From Neoechinorhynchus agilis (Eukaryota > Animalia > Acanthocephala): a stretch of DNA of 64,000 nt. The number at the start of each line of letters is the position of its first letter. The first letter of the stretch is position 1. Both the position numbers and the translations under genes were made by a program. The stretch is taken from the NCBI GenBank assembly GCA_051530055.1, contig CM121341.1, forward strand, positions 6,116,784 through 6,180,783, written 5' to 3'. Of the stretch, positions 15,001 to 26,667 are shown in pieces. The notes under the pieces were generated by a model. It saw only the letters and a list, made by a program, of their open reading frames with translations. It was not told the origin of the DNA and made no database searches.

Positions 15001-17422
15001 ATCATGCCCACTATAACAATTTTAAGAATTTCTTTGAAGAAAATATAAAACGTCAGTACGCAATCGATCACTCGCTGAAAGAAGTTCATTTCGAGTAAAG
15101 AATTACAATGTACAGGTTTCGCATATGGATTCTTCCTGCTCTCTAGCGCGTCGTCAAGTTAATTTTTGTGATCGAGCCGCTAGTAGACATGTTCTATACT
15201 CTACACAAAACCGAACACACCCACCTACACATTTACACGCATGCGGTTACTACTGTTTATATCCCGATCGATGGCATGACGACATCATGCCCACTATAAC
15301 AATTTTAAGAATTTCTTTGAAGAGAAAATATAAAACGTCAGCACGCAATCGATCACTCGCTGAAAGAAGTTCATTTCGAGTAAAGAATTACAATGTACAG
15401 GTTTCGCATATGGATTCTTCCTGCTCTCTAACGCGTCGTCAAGTTAATTTTTGTGACCGAGTCGATAGTATACATGTTCTATATTCTACACAAAACCGAA
15501 CACACCTCCCTACACATTTACACGCATGCGGTTACTACTGTTTATATCCCGATAGATGGCATGACGACATCATGCCCACTATAACATTTTTAAGAATTTC
15601 TTTGAAGAAAATATAAAACGTCAGTACGCAATCGATCACTCGCTGAAAGAAGTTCATTTCGGGTAAAGCATTACAATGTACAGCCTTCGCATATGGATTC
15701 TTCCTGCTCTCTAGGGCGTCGTCAGGTTCATTTTTGTGTCCGAGCCGCTAATAGACATGTTCTATACTCTACACAAAAGCGAACACACTCACCTACACAT
15801 TTACACGCATGCGGTTACCACTGTTTATATCCCGATCGATCGCATGACGACATCATGCCCACTATAACAATTTTAAGAATTTCTTTGAAGAAAATATAAA
15901 ACGTCAGTATGCAATCGATCACTCGCTGAAATAAGTTCATTTCGCGTAAAGCATTACAATGTACAGGTTTCGCATATGGATTCTTCCTGCTCTCTAACGC
16001 GTCGTCAAGTTCATTTTTGTGTCCGAGCCGCTAGTAGACATGTTCTATACTCTACACAAAAGCGAACACACCCACCTACACATTTACACGCATGCGGTTA
16101 CAACTGTTTATATCCCGATCGATCGCATGACGACATCATGCCCACTATAACAGTTTTAAGAATTTCTTTGAAGAAAATATAAAACGTCAGTACGCAATCG
16201 ATCACTCGCTGAAATAAGTTCATTTCGAGTAAAGCATTACAATGTACAGGTTTCGCATATGGATTCTTCCTGCTCTCTAACGCGTCGTCAAGTTCATTTT
16301 TGTGACCGAGTCGCTAGTAGACATGTTCTATATTCTACACAAAACCGAACACACCCACCTACACATTTACACGCATGCGGTTACTAATGTTTATATCCCG
16401 ATCGGTGGCATGACGACATCATGCTCACTATTACAATTTTAAGAATTTCTTTGAAGGAAATATAAAACGTCAGCACGCAATCGATCACTCGCTAAAAGAA
16501 GCTCATTTCGGGTAAAGAATTACAATGTACCGGTTTCGCATATGGATTCTTCCTGCTCTCTAGCGCGTCGTCAAGTTCCTTTTTGTTACCGAGTCGCTAG
16601 TAGACATGTTCTATATTCTACACAAAACCGAACACAACCACCTACACATTTACGCGAATGCGGTTAACACTGTTTATATCCCGATCGATGGCATGACGAC
16701 ATCATGGCCACTAAAACAATTTTAAGAATTTCTTTGAAGAAAATATAAAACGTCAGTACGCAATCGATCACTCGCTAAAAGAAGCTCATTTCGGGTAAAG
16801 CATTGCAATGTACAGGTTTCGCATATGGATTCTTCCTGCTCTCTAGCGCGTCGTCAAGCTCCTTTTTACCGAGTCGCTAGTGGACATGTTCTATATTCTA
16901 CACAAAACCGAACACAACCACCTACACATTTACACGCATGCGGTTACTACTGTTTATATCCCGATCGATGGCATGACGCCATCATGCCCACTATAACAAT
17001 TTTAAGAATTGGTTTGAAGAAAATATAAAACGTCAGTACGCAATCGATCACTCGCTAAAGGAAGTTCATTTCGGGTAAAGCATTACAATGTACAGGTTTC
17101 GCATATGGATTCTTCCTGCTCTCTAGCGCGTCGCCAAGTTCATTTTTGTGACCGAGTCGCTAGTAGACATGTTCTATATTCTACACAAAACCGAACACAC
17201 CCACCTACACATTTACACGCATGCGGTTAATACTGTTTATATCCCGATCGATGGCATGACGACATCATGCTCACTATTACAATTTTAAGAATTTCTTTAA
17301 AGAAAATATAAAACGTCAGTACGCAATCGATCACTCGCTGAAAGAAGTTCATTTCGGGTAAAGCATTACAATGTTCAGGTTTCGCATATGGATTCTTCCT
17401 GCTCTCTAGCGCGTCGTCAAGT
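1..17422. repeat. 283-bp tandem satellite array (~61 copies, open at the left window edge) with higher-order repeat structure
   Basis: The motif ATGGATTCTTCCTGCTCTCT recurs every 283 bp (139, 422, 705, 988...), with occasional 280-282 or 285 bp units. Copies are near-identical and more divergent beyond ~15 kb. Confidence 0.98.
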
Positions 17423-18389
17423 TAAAACTTAGCTGTGTAAAATTTTTCATAAATAAGTTTTTAAGGGGAGCGTTACCATACAAGTCAGCTATAACAGCAT
17501 TTTTATAAAATATGTTGGCTTCATGACAAACAGGAGGTCGCTTGATCACAGACTTAGTAATTAAATTTTTATGTACAGAGGGTAAAATGGCATTGTTAAA
17601 GTCAGATAAGGAGGATGAAATGGAAGAGTTCATAAAAGAAAGGAGATCATTATTAAAATTTGAAAAGCTTTTAGGCTCAAAAACGAAAGTGTCCTTAAGA
17701 GAGATGCCATTAGATTTAAAAAGGATAAGGTCATGCCCTAACAATCTCTGTGACTGAAGTTGGGAAGCAGGATAAAATAAAATAGGAATTGACTTTTTAA
17801 TAATTGCACCATCCAAGAAGGTATGTCTATTAGATTTAACATTATGAAAAGAAGGAAATTTGGGGAGCAAAAAATTGTGAAACTTAAAAAAGGGCCTAAA
17901 AGCATTTAAAAAATTACTATTGAAGTCGCCAACGATAAAGTCAGGATTCCAGTAATGGAGGATATGCATAAAAGATTTAGTAAATATACCCACGTGTCTG
18001 GGTTGAATATACAAGTTGCAAAGGATAAGAGTAGGAGAGAAAAGGGATGAGGGTCCATATAAGGGATTATTAAAAGAAATAATTTGCATTGCAAAAGAAA
18101 TATTTTTAGTTTGAAATAAAATTTTAGAAGAGTGAGATTTAAGAATAAATGTTTGAAGTCCTCCAGAAAATCCAATGTGCTGATTGGTTGATGTGGAGCA
18201 AGGGAGAAGAACATGAGAATCATAATTATCGAAGAGAAGCATTTTAGAAAAGCCGGTTTCTTGAAAACACAGCATGTTAACATAGTTATCAACTACACAA
18301 GGAGTAAGAAAATTAGGAAGACTAGAAGCCCTAGAGGCATTATATGTGATGAAAGAGAAAGGACAGTCCCTATAATTGCAACAAGTCAT
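17423..18389 (-). pseudogene. Truncated LINE ORF2 (APE endonuclease domain only)
   Basis: APE motifs YNA, LCFQET, NLY, IVGDFNS, TFLD and GHD; the frame runs into satellite DNA at ~17423. Confidence 0.88.
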
Positions 18390-18414
18390 TAAATGAATTT
18401 AGGACGTTTGGAAT

Positions 18415-19602
18415 CTATAGACGCAAAGATGGGGAAATATCTCTTTTATAATTTTCACAATCGATCCAGTTATTAAAGTTAAATAATCTAGAAAAATTGT
18501 CGGAGGTAGAGTCTGGTGTAGAAAGATTTTGCAGTTTGTGAAGGATCAAAGTAAGGATGTATTTAAGTAATGAAATTTCTTTATCGGGATAAAGTTGAGA
18601 AGTATTAATGGAAGATTTTAAACTATCAAGAAAGGATTTTTCCGGAGGTTTGGTGGGAAGTTTAGGCTTGTGACCATCAGGGGAAGGTTGAGTCTTCGAC
18701 TCCTTAGAGGAAAAACCGTCCGAAGAGAAAGGATTATGTTGTGGATAGAATTCTCTATAACTAGAATTATGGAATACTCGCTGCTTCGATGGTATGGACT
18801 CGTCAAAATATTTTTGCGCGAATTTGCAAGAACGTGCAAAAGCCGGATGATTCTTGCCACAGTTTGCACAGGTAGCAGCATCAGAATTGGAGCAAGATAA
18901 TTTGTGATGAGGACCTGCACAAAAGATGCATCTGGAGGGGAAGACACAGTCAGATTCGTGGTGCCCCCATCTCGAACACCTCTGACATATCGTCAAATTA
19001 TAATCATAGATAGAGTCCCTGTATCTGTCAAAAGTGACCCAGTATGAGAAAAAAACCCTGCCGGAGTTAGCTAGACTCTCGGCGACATTGATAGTAGTTG
19101 AACATAGGATGGCGTAGGCTGAACTAGCGTTGGGTCTAAACAGATATTTGACCAGTTTTATACCCAACTCATCCTCAATTTTGCGAAAATCAGTAGTATC
19201 CAAGTCTTGAGGAGGATTCCTCATTAGAAAGGTGACTCTGCGAGATAGGTCAACAGATTGGATGCTTAACTCCCCAAGCGTCTTAGAAAAGAGGTATTTA
19301 CCGGCCGCATCGAAAAAAATAAACAGGATGTGGAATTTGGTCACAGAGAACCTCTTTATCAAAAAATTCATATGTTTCCCACGACCATTCGGCAGTAAAT
19401 ACTTCTCGAAGAAATAACGCGAGAAATAGGAGGGGGAGTTAGTGCCCATGTCTTCTTTGGGAATTTTGATAACGAAATCCTCTTTCCTAACAGGACGCTT
19501 AAACTTTGATGTGTAGATAGAATGTTCCATCTGATCCCCTATGGAAACTTGTGCAAAATCATTCAAAACTTCACAATCACTCGGGGGGGATAGTAGGAAC
19601 AA
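18415..19602 (-). CDS. LINE ORF1 (gag-like nucleic-acid-binding protein, three CCHC zinc knuckles)
   Basis: CQRCSRWGHHESDC, CIFCAGPHHKLSC and CANCGKNHPAFARSC. The ORF track starts it at TTG. A 10-nt deletion relative to the second copy stops the ORF slightly early. Confidence 0.85.
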   Translation of the reverse strand: MFLLSPPSDCEVLNDFAQVSIGDQMEHSIYTSKFKRPVRKEDFVIKIPKEDMGTNSPSYFSRYFFEKYLLPNGRGKHMNFLIKRFSVTKFHILFIFFDAAGKYLFSKTLGELSIQSVDLSRRVTFLMRNPPQDLDTTDFRKIEDELGIKLVKYLFRPNASSAYAILCSTTINVAESLANSGRVFFSYWVTFDRYRDSIYDYNLTICQRCSRWGHHESDCVFPSRCIFCAGPHHKLSCSNSDAATCANCGKNHPAFARSCKFAQKYFDESIPSKQRVFHNSSYREFYPQHNPFSSDGFSSKESKTQPSPDGHKPKLPTKPPEKSFLDSLKSSINTSQLYPDKEISLLKYILTLILHKLQNLSTPDSTSDNFSRLFNFNNWIDCENYKRDISPSLRL

Positions 19603-19774
19603 ACCTTAATCTAGACATGTCGGAAATAGGGTTTATCTGATTGCTGATATTCGAAGCGCAATTTTGCATCACGAAACAGCGCTTTTGTACGTTTTAGCTT
19701 ACTAATCCGCTCGCGCGTGCGCATTCACGCATGCCGTTAATTTTCAAGTTGAATGGAACTGTTTGCGTCCACCA

Positions 19775-20735
19775 CATTTCTCATATTCTTCCTGCTCTCT
19801 ACCGTGTCGTCTAGTTCACTTCAGGAATTTCTTTAAGAAAATATCAAAACATCAGTATGTAATCGATCACTCGCTGAAAAAGTTCACTTGGAGTGTAGAA
19901 TTACAATGAACAGGCTTTGCGTATTGATCCTTCCTGCTCTCTACCGCGTCGTCAAGTTCATTTTAAGAATTTCTTTGAAGAAAATATAAAACGCCAGTGT
20001 GTAATCGATCACTCGCTAAAGAAGTTCATTTCGAGTGTAGAACTACAATGAACAGATTTCTCATATGGCATCTTTCTGCTCTCTACCGCGTCGTCAAGTT
20101 TACTTAGAGAATTTCTTGAAGAAAATATAAAACGTCAGTGTGAAATCGATCACTCGCTAAGAAAGTTCATTTCGAGTGTAGAACTACAATGAACAGATTT
20201 CTCATATGGCATCTTTCTGCTCTCTACCGCGTCGTCAAGTTTACTTAGAGAATTTCTTGAAGAAAATATAAAACGTCAGTGTGAAATCGATCACTCGCTA
20301 AGAAAGTTCATTTCGAGTGTAGAACTACAATGAACAGATTTCTCATATGGCATCTTTCTGCTCTCTACCGCGTCGTCAAGTTTACTTAGAGAATTTCTTG
20401 AAGAAAATATAAAACGTCAGTGTGAAATCGATCACTCGCTAAGAAAGTTCATTTCGAGTGTAGAACTACAATGAACAGATTTCTGGTATGGAATCTTTCT
20501 GCTCTATATCGCGTCGTTAAGTTTACTTAGAGAATTTCTTGAAGAAAATATAAGTCGTCAGGATGAAATCGATCACTCGCTAAATAAGTTCATTTTGAGT
20601 GTACAACTACAATGAAGAGATTTCTCATAAAGAATCTTCCTGCTCTCTACTGCGTTGTCAAGTTATCTTTTAGAATTTCTTGAAGTATAAAGCGTCAGTA
20701 TGTAATCGATCACTGGCTAAAAAGTTCATTTCCAT
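19775..20735. repeat. 141-bp tandem satellite (~7 copies), homologous to one half of the 283-bp unit
   Basis: AACTACAATG recurs at 20041, 20182, 20323 and 20464. It shares CTGCTCTCTA.CGCGTCGTCAAGTT and GAAGAAAATATAAAACG.CAGT...ATCGATCACTCGCT with the 283-mer but lacks the ~142-bp middle segment. Confidence 0.93.
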
Positions 20736-20780
20736 TGTGAAACCCGTATAAAAATGATGAAAGCGATAAGAACACGTATA

Positions 20781-20789
20781 ATGACGTCA
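20781..20789. promoter_or_regulatory. CRE-like palindrome (TGACGTCA) ~75 bp upstream of the WDR3 start
   Basis: ATGACGTCA in the short satellite-to-WDR3 interval; function is inferred from the motif only. Confidence 0.25.
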
Positions 20790-20863
20790 CATAGACACGG
20801 AAGAATCGTTTTTATTCAGAAAGAGACTCCAATTGTAGTTGTTTGTTTTATCGGAATCATTTA

Positions 20864-23800
20864 ATGGACGTGTCGACGTTGTCTGAAAGAAACGTTTTGC
20901 GTCAGTACTCCGGTTTCGACTTTGTTGATCATTTTGGATGTGTGAGTGGACTTGGTTGTCGTTCAGTGATTGTGATCGCTCCTCCTCTTGTTCCGGTCAA
21001 TGGGCTCGATTTGATTGTTGCGACTGGAGTGTGTGAGAGCGTAATTTTGACGAACCAAAATCTTAATGGGGAGATAGTGAATCGTTTGAGGATAAGTAGT
21101 GTTGAAAGTGAAGTCACATGCTTCGGTCAGGTTCCCGATGATCCGTTGATCGTAATTGGATACAATTGTGGATCAGTTTATGTTTGCCATCTTTCATGCC
21201 CAGAAGACGATTCGCCCAAGTTTTTCTGCTTCGAAGGACATAAGCGATCGATTGAATGTTTGGCTTTCAGTAGCGTACAAAAGTGTATTATTGCGAGCGG
21301 AAGTCGTGATTGTAGTGTGATTGTTTGGGATCTCGTTGCCGAAAAGGGTTTGTTTCAATTGAATGGTCACCTCGATGCAGTCGAATGCCTCCAATTCTCG
21401 ACGTTCACAAGCAAACAGGAATACATTGTTTCTGGCTCAAAAGATCGAACTTTGCGAATATGGGATATTGAAGTGGGGCAATGTGTAAGATGCATACCGA
21501 ATTTCCCATCTACAATATGGTCACTGACCATGATTGACGATCGATTTCTCGTGTGTAGCGATTTGACAAAAATGCTTTATGTCTATTTCTTCAGTTTATC
21601 TGAAGAAGATGATCAGTCATCATTTTTAGTGAGACAATTGAGCCCTTTAGTTAGAAGTGGCCGACTAAAAACTAAATCTCTAATCAATTTCGAACATGGT
21701 TTCGCGTGCTTGGATTCGTCCGGTAAATGCCTTCAACTGTTTGAGTATGTTGGCTACGAAAAAGCAGTAAATCGGTCTTGTAAGCGTCAAGCCAATGATA
21801 TAGACTCCCAAGATGTGTTCATAAGATCAAATATCTTTGAGGATAAGCATTCGAAGATGTGGAACGTTTGTTATTGTCCGAATTCGGGATTCGTGGCTGC
21901 AACTAACGATAATGCGATTTGTGTGATTCGACTAAAATCGAACAACCTACCCATGATATCAAAACATTTTGGTGGTCATAGAGATTTTGTTCAATCGCTT
22001 TGTATATCGACTGACGAGAAGCTCATTGGTGCATCATCGTTCAATTGTCTTAAAGTTTGGCACACGTAAGTGATACTGCTTTTTTTGTGGATGTGATCAA
22101 AAATATTTCCTTTTATAGCGAGTCGCGTCAAGCGTTCCGATCATTTGACGATCTTGAAAATAACCTTAAATGCATTATGTTCACTCGAAATGCCGTCGCA
22201 ATCATTGCAGGCGATTCTGCGGGATACTTAATGATATTTAATCTGGTAGAACGACGAATCCAATTGAAGGAAAAAATTCATGGCGACTCAATTGTCGCTG
22301 TTGCATTCACTGCTGCCAATCAAATGCAGCTTGTTAGCGCCTCAAAAGATTGCTCGTTGAGTTTATGGAAACTCGAAAGTGAAAGCTCGCTGATTCCAGC
22401 TCATAGCTGCAAATTTGACGATCACGTTACTGCTATTGCTTTGACTCCAAATGAAGAGCTGATTGCATGTGCATTAGTAGACTGTACCGTCAAAGTGGTC
22501 TTTTCCGGTACTTTGAAACGGTTTCTTAATCTCTACGGCCATTCCGGTCCCGTTGTTTCATTGGACGTGAGTTTTGACTCAGAACTTCTAGTAAGTGGAT
22601 CGACCGATAGAACAATTCGAATATGGGGTCTCAGATTCGGTGATTGCAGACGATCTTTAGTCTATCATGAAGATGAAATAGTAGCCGTTCGGTTTGTACC
22701 ACATACCTACCACCTATTCGCCGCGTCAAAGGACTCGAAGGTGTCACGGTGGGATGTGGAGCATTTTCAACGAATTCAGATCCTCAAAAAATCTCATTAC
22801 CGACCCATCTCTTGCATGGCTTGTGGTACTCAAACGATCGTGACCGCATCAATGGACCGAACAATTCGACTGTGGCGAAAAACGGATCGAATTGTGTTAC
22901 CAAAAGTTGAAATCGCCGAGGTAAGACTTGCGCTCTTTCTTGTTGTCTTCAATCTGCTTGATTAACTGTCTCGGTCTTTTTACCATCTTTGCCAATAATA
23001 TTAAATTGGCTGATCATTTATCAATGTAGACGATATTACCGGGAAAATCTAGATTCCCATTCTCCAATGAAAAATAGTGACTTAAACTGTCAGCTTTGGA
23101 AGTTTGGAAAAATTAGTTTACTGCTTAGTCAACTTTTAGATTTTCTGCTGATGATGAACATACTTTATACTGCACAGCCCGTGTAAGGGATGTTCACTTC
23201 AACACTAAAAAAGGATAACCGGCTAGCCAGACTTAAAGGAAAAAAATTAGCCATATTAATCAATGCCCACTCTATCGTAATGTCCGTTACTAATTTGCGT
23301 GGTGTTCGTTTAGGAGCAAGGTAGCATTTTTGAGAAGGATGAAACGTCGATTGCTCTTCCACATAAAGGACGTGACGACTTTGTATGCCCAGTTGTCCCT
23401 AAAAGTGAAAATTTAATTGATTCGGTAAGTTTAACATGGTGCTTAGGCGGATAATATGGATTTATTAGGTTGATACGCTTATTGAAATGCTCGAATTATG
23501 CAATGGAAAAAAAGGAAATGAAATATCTGCGACAATGATGAACGCATTTAATGTTTCCGTAGTGGAAGATCTCGTTAAATGTCAACTGGAAAAAATCAGA
23601 CCGAATATCTTATGTTCTGCGATAGCCATGGTTCCATTTTCACGGATTCCGCATCTGTGCCAACTTCTGCATTCTTGGCTTGAACGTCGAGAAAGCATAG
23701 AGCTTTGTGCTAAATGTACTTTAGTCATTTTGATTAACCATCAAAGTTCTCTGTCAACTTCAGAGCATGTGGATCTTGTACATAAATTGTGTATTATTGC

Positions 23801-23960
23801 CAAAATACGCATTAAGGAATTATACGATGTCGTTGAATATACGACCGCCGCACTAAATGTTGCCCAGTTGAACAAAGCTGACCGTAGCACGTTGATGAAC
23901 GCACGAAATGCTAAAAAAAGGAGGATTGTGACAAGCTGGAAAAATGTGTTTTCGACTTAA
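20864..23960 (+). CDS. WDR3: WD-repeat protein 3 / Utp12 (Dip2), SSU processome subunit; predicted join(20864..22065,22119..22920,23314..23424,23469..23960), ~868 aa
   Basis: Many GH...WD repeats, the characteristic LKRFLNLYGHSGPVVSLDVSFDSELLVSGSTDRTIRIWGLRFGDCRRSL segment, and a C-terminal Utp12-like helical domain. Three canonical GTAAG...YAG introns (53, 393, 44 nt) keep the frame. Confidence 0.9.
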
Positions 23961-24761
23961 GAAATTCAAAGCGAAGTCCGTTGGGCACCAGTAAATCCAT
24001 AGGCGATTCAATTGGGCAGCAGTGAAACTTTTGAACAAAACTGTCGCGCTACATTTCCATACCATTATTGTTGTAAATTTTAAGTTCATTTAACCAATAT
24101 TCGTGAATCCAATATATATGCGGAACATTTTTAAGATCTTTATTTAAAAGGAAATTATCAAAGCAGTAAGCTAATGTTCTTTCTATAATGTAAAAAATAA
24201 GACAATAAACGCATATTCCCTATTTAAACTAAAAGTTGCCCTCCAAATACTTTACGTGGATCTCTTTCTTGCAATCGTGATTATATAAAGGCAAAGCGTC
24301 TAAATATTAAAAATTTGTATTTGTGCGTTAAATCGGGTTGTTTTTTACCGTGATCTAGTACCTGCTGAAACAATTGTCCAAGAGACTCAGACGAATCACT
24401 AGCGATCCGAGCTTATAAAGCCAACAGGAAGTGACCACTGCATCCGTCCTTTCGACCTTTACAAAAAAAGCGAGCAGCTGTGTGATTTAGAGCGATGGCG
24501 TGGATATTTTTCAAATTCTTTTTTTGTAGACTAAAAAATTTATGCTCTGTCGGTATCATTATGCAAAACAGAAGTTTTCTAACTTATTCCCAATGTTTAG
24601 ATTTTTTTAATGTTTTTAATCTGTTTTGTTAAATCCAACATTAGGTTATCATTAAGACGTAACAACTTGAAATTAACGACTATTTTTCTATTTTTGATTC
24701 ACCGCGTTTGCCGCTTTAAGTACATAAAAGCCCAAAATCCTTCAATCGAATTCAATTTCAG

Positions 24762-25196
24762 ATGAGCGATAAAAATAGTCCAAAGAAGTCTAAAACTTGC
24801 TCTATCGAAGACGAGCAAAGTTTCCATGCAACCGATTTGCCTGAAGATGTTAAGAAAGCGACTGGAGAATCCAAAACATTATGTTATGAAAGCGCCAAAT
24901 CATCAGAAATGGATGATTCAATGTTACTCAGAAGAAGTGATTGCGCTTGCTTCAAAAAAAGCCAGCGTATAAAAGATTATCTCTTAGCTTATTCGGATAT
25001 TGAAGCTAGACTACTACGATCTCGATCCGGGGAACAAACACTCGACCATTCGAAATTTGGGTCTGATAATAGCGATCCTGAAAATGTGAATACAAATGAA
25101 CAAGCTATAGTCCAGAAAATCTTGAAACCATGCCAAGATCCTTTGATGAGAAGACCAATTTTGTTTCGCTCAAGTAATTTCAATATTAAAATTTAA
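24762..25196 (+). CDS. Hypothetical protein (144 aa, Ser/Lys/Asp-rich)
   Basis: ATG ORF preceded by TTTCAG; no recognised domain. Confidence 0.4.
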   Translation: MSDKNSPKKSKTCSIEDEQSFHATDLPEDVKKATGESKTLCYESAKSSEMDDSMLLRRSDCACFKKSQRIKDYLLAYSDIEARLLRSRSGEQTLDHSKFGSDNSDPENVNTNEQAIVQKILKPCQDPLMRRPILFRSSNFNIKI

Positions 25197-25463
25197 TTAT
25201 TTCGTCGAAGTGTTCAACCATTATATCAAAAGTAATTCGGGCACTGTCAAAAGATAGATTATTTGATCGAATTTTTTCTAAGATTTGTAAGTATGCAAAC
25301 TACCTATTAGAACGATTGAAAAACCAATGTTCGATGGCTACCTTCGAACCAATAAAATTAAGTTAATGACATACGCGATATAGTAGACAATGGAGATTCA
25401 ATAATGAAACGTGCTATTATTATGGATATCATCGACAGAGAAAATCCTTCGGGTTAGTCAAAG

Positions 25464-25621
25464 TATTATTTTGGTGATAATCCCGGTAATAGCACATTTG
25501 ATTTATTGGGGAAATATTTCGCGGAGGAGGTAATCTCGCCTCATTTTTAGATGGTCGCCTCGCGAAATATTTCCCATAAACCAGATGTGCTATTACCGGG
25601 ATTATTTTGACCAAAATAATA
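25464..25621. other. ~160-bp foldback (MITE-like element or hairpin RNA)
   Basis: Arms of ~60 bp: ATTATTTTGG...ATAATCCCGGTAATAGCACAT...GGGAAATATTTCGCG is mirrored by CGCGAAATATTTCCC...ATGTGCTATTACCGGGATTAT...CCAAAATAAT. Confidence 0.8.
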
Positions 25622-25782
25622 TTATGGATATATTAGTGTGGTTGTTTCAAAGTGCCACAAAAAAGTCCCAGCGGCATAAATGTGACATCTAAAAATTGGC
25701 TGTTGCTATTTTTTCAATGAGAATATCTAAGCTCGACACCTTTGTGAATCAAATTTAAGAACTACGTTTAATTGAACAATTT

Positions 25783-26667
25783 CTAGAACTCGACATTCCA
25801 TTCCCGATTCATCTTCTTCACCATTTTTCTAATATACGGATGTTTAAGTATTTGCGAGGATGATAGTCTATCATATACACTGAGTGCCATGCATCCACGT
25901 AGAAGATCATATAAATCCGAGTCGTGTATTGGAGGAAATTGAATGTTGAACATATCAAGTTGAAGAAGTGCAATTTTGTCGTCTGATTGGATGTATTTTT
26001 CCTGTGAAAAATACGGATTTCCGTAAACCATCTCATATAAAATGCATCCGAGAGCCCAAACGTCAGATTTCATCGAGAATATCCCATAGGGGCGCACTGC
26101 GATTATCTCTGGACTCATGTAGATGTAAGTACCTCGTATTATTTTCAAATTTGGGAACCGATGGGCCGGAAGCGAGCACCCGAAATCAACGAGCTTCACG
26201 TATCCGTCGTAACCAAAGATGAAATTACTCGGCTTTATGTCTGCATGGATAATTCCCTTGCAGTGAGCATGATGAACAGCCAATACCATTTCGTACCAAA
26301 GACGAGTTCTTATATTGAGAGTTGTATGCTCCTCGATATATTTAAGTACACTGTCCGGTTTTCCTAGGTCCATCACCATACGAACAATCATCCTTTCAAA
26401 ATCCACTTCATAAAAGTAAAGACGCATTGCTCGTCTGTCGTCATAAAGTAATCGCAGACATTCGATTTCTATCATCAACTGCTTGTAGAACATGCTAACA
26501 TTGACGGGGTCCGGGTCTGAAAATGAACTCTCCTTGACTGCGACTGGAACATTGTATATCTCCATCTCGCCGCGAAATACTTTGTTCTGTCCATCGCCGC
26601 CTATTCGTTCTTTTATGTAAATCTTTTTACCATTGACGATAATAGGATTTATATGGCAGCGCGACAT
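25783..26667 (-). CDS. Protein kinase, Mps1/TTK-like, kinase domain only (294 aa, intronless)
   Basis: AVK lysine, IIHADIKPSNF, LVDFG, GTYIYMSPE and KSDVWALGCILYEMVYG; RLYFYEV and WYEMVLAVHHAH resemble Mps1 subdomains IV-VIa. Confidence 0.85.
   Translation of the reverse strand: MSRCHINPIIVNGKKIYIKERIGGDGQNKVFRGEMEIYNVPVAVKESSFSDPDPVNVSMFYKQLMIEIECLRLLYDDRRAMRLYFYEVDFERMIVRMVMDLGKPDSVLKYIEEHTTLNIRTRLWYEMVLAVHHAHCKGIIHADIKPSNFIFGYDGYVKLVDFGCSLPAHRFPNLKIIRGTYIYMSPEIIAVRPYGIFSMKSDVWALGCILYEMVYGNPYFSQEKYIQSDDKIALLQLDMFNIQFPPIHDSDLYDLLRGCMALSVYDRLSSSQILKHPYIRKMVKKMNREWNVEF

Larger units (their letters stand above)
17423..19770 (-). mobile_element. Non-LTR retrotransposon (LINE, I/Jockey-like group): 5' half only (ORF1 + APE endonuclease), 3'-truncated
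   Basis: Reverse complement aligns closely with 51921-54220 of the longer copy; homology is clear to ~19695 and the right boundary is approximate. RT and tail are missing. Confidence 0.92.

Noticed and set aside
139-17028. Dozens of 68-78-aa ORFs (MDSSCSL...) as a tandem gene family
   Set aside because: They are by-products of the 283-bp satellite; many units carry stops, lost ATGs or frameshifts, with no sign of codon-level constraint.
1-17422. CRISPR array
   Set aside because: Whole units repeat with no unique spacers, there are no cas genes, and the context is eukaryotic.
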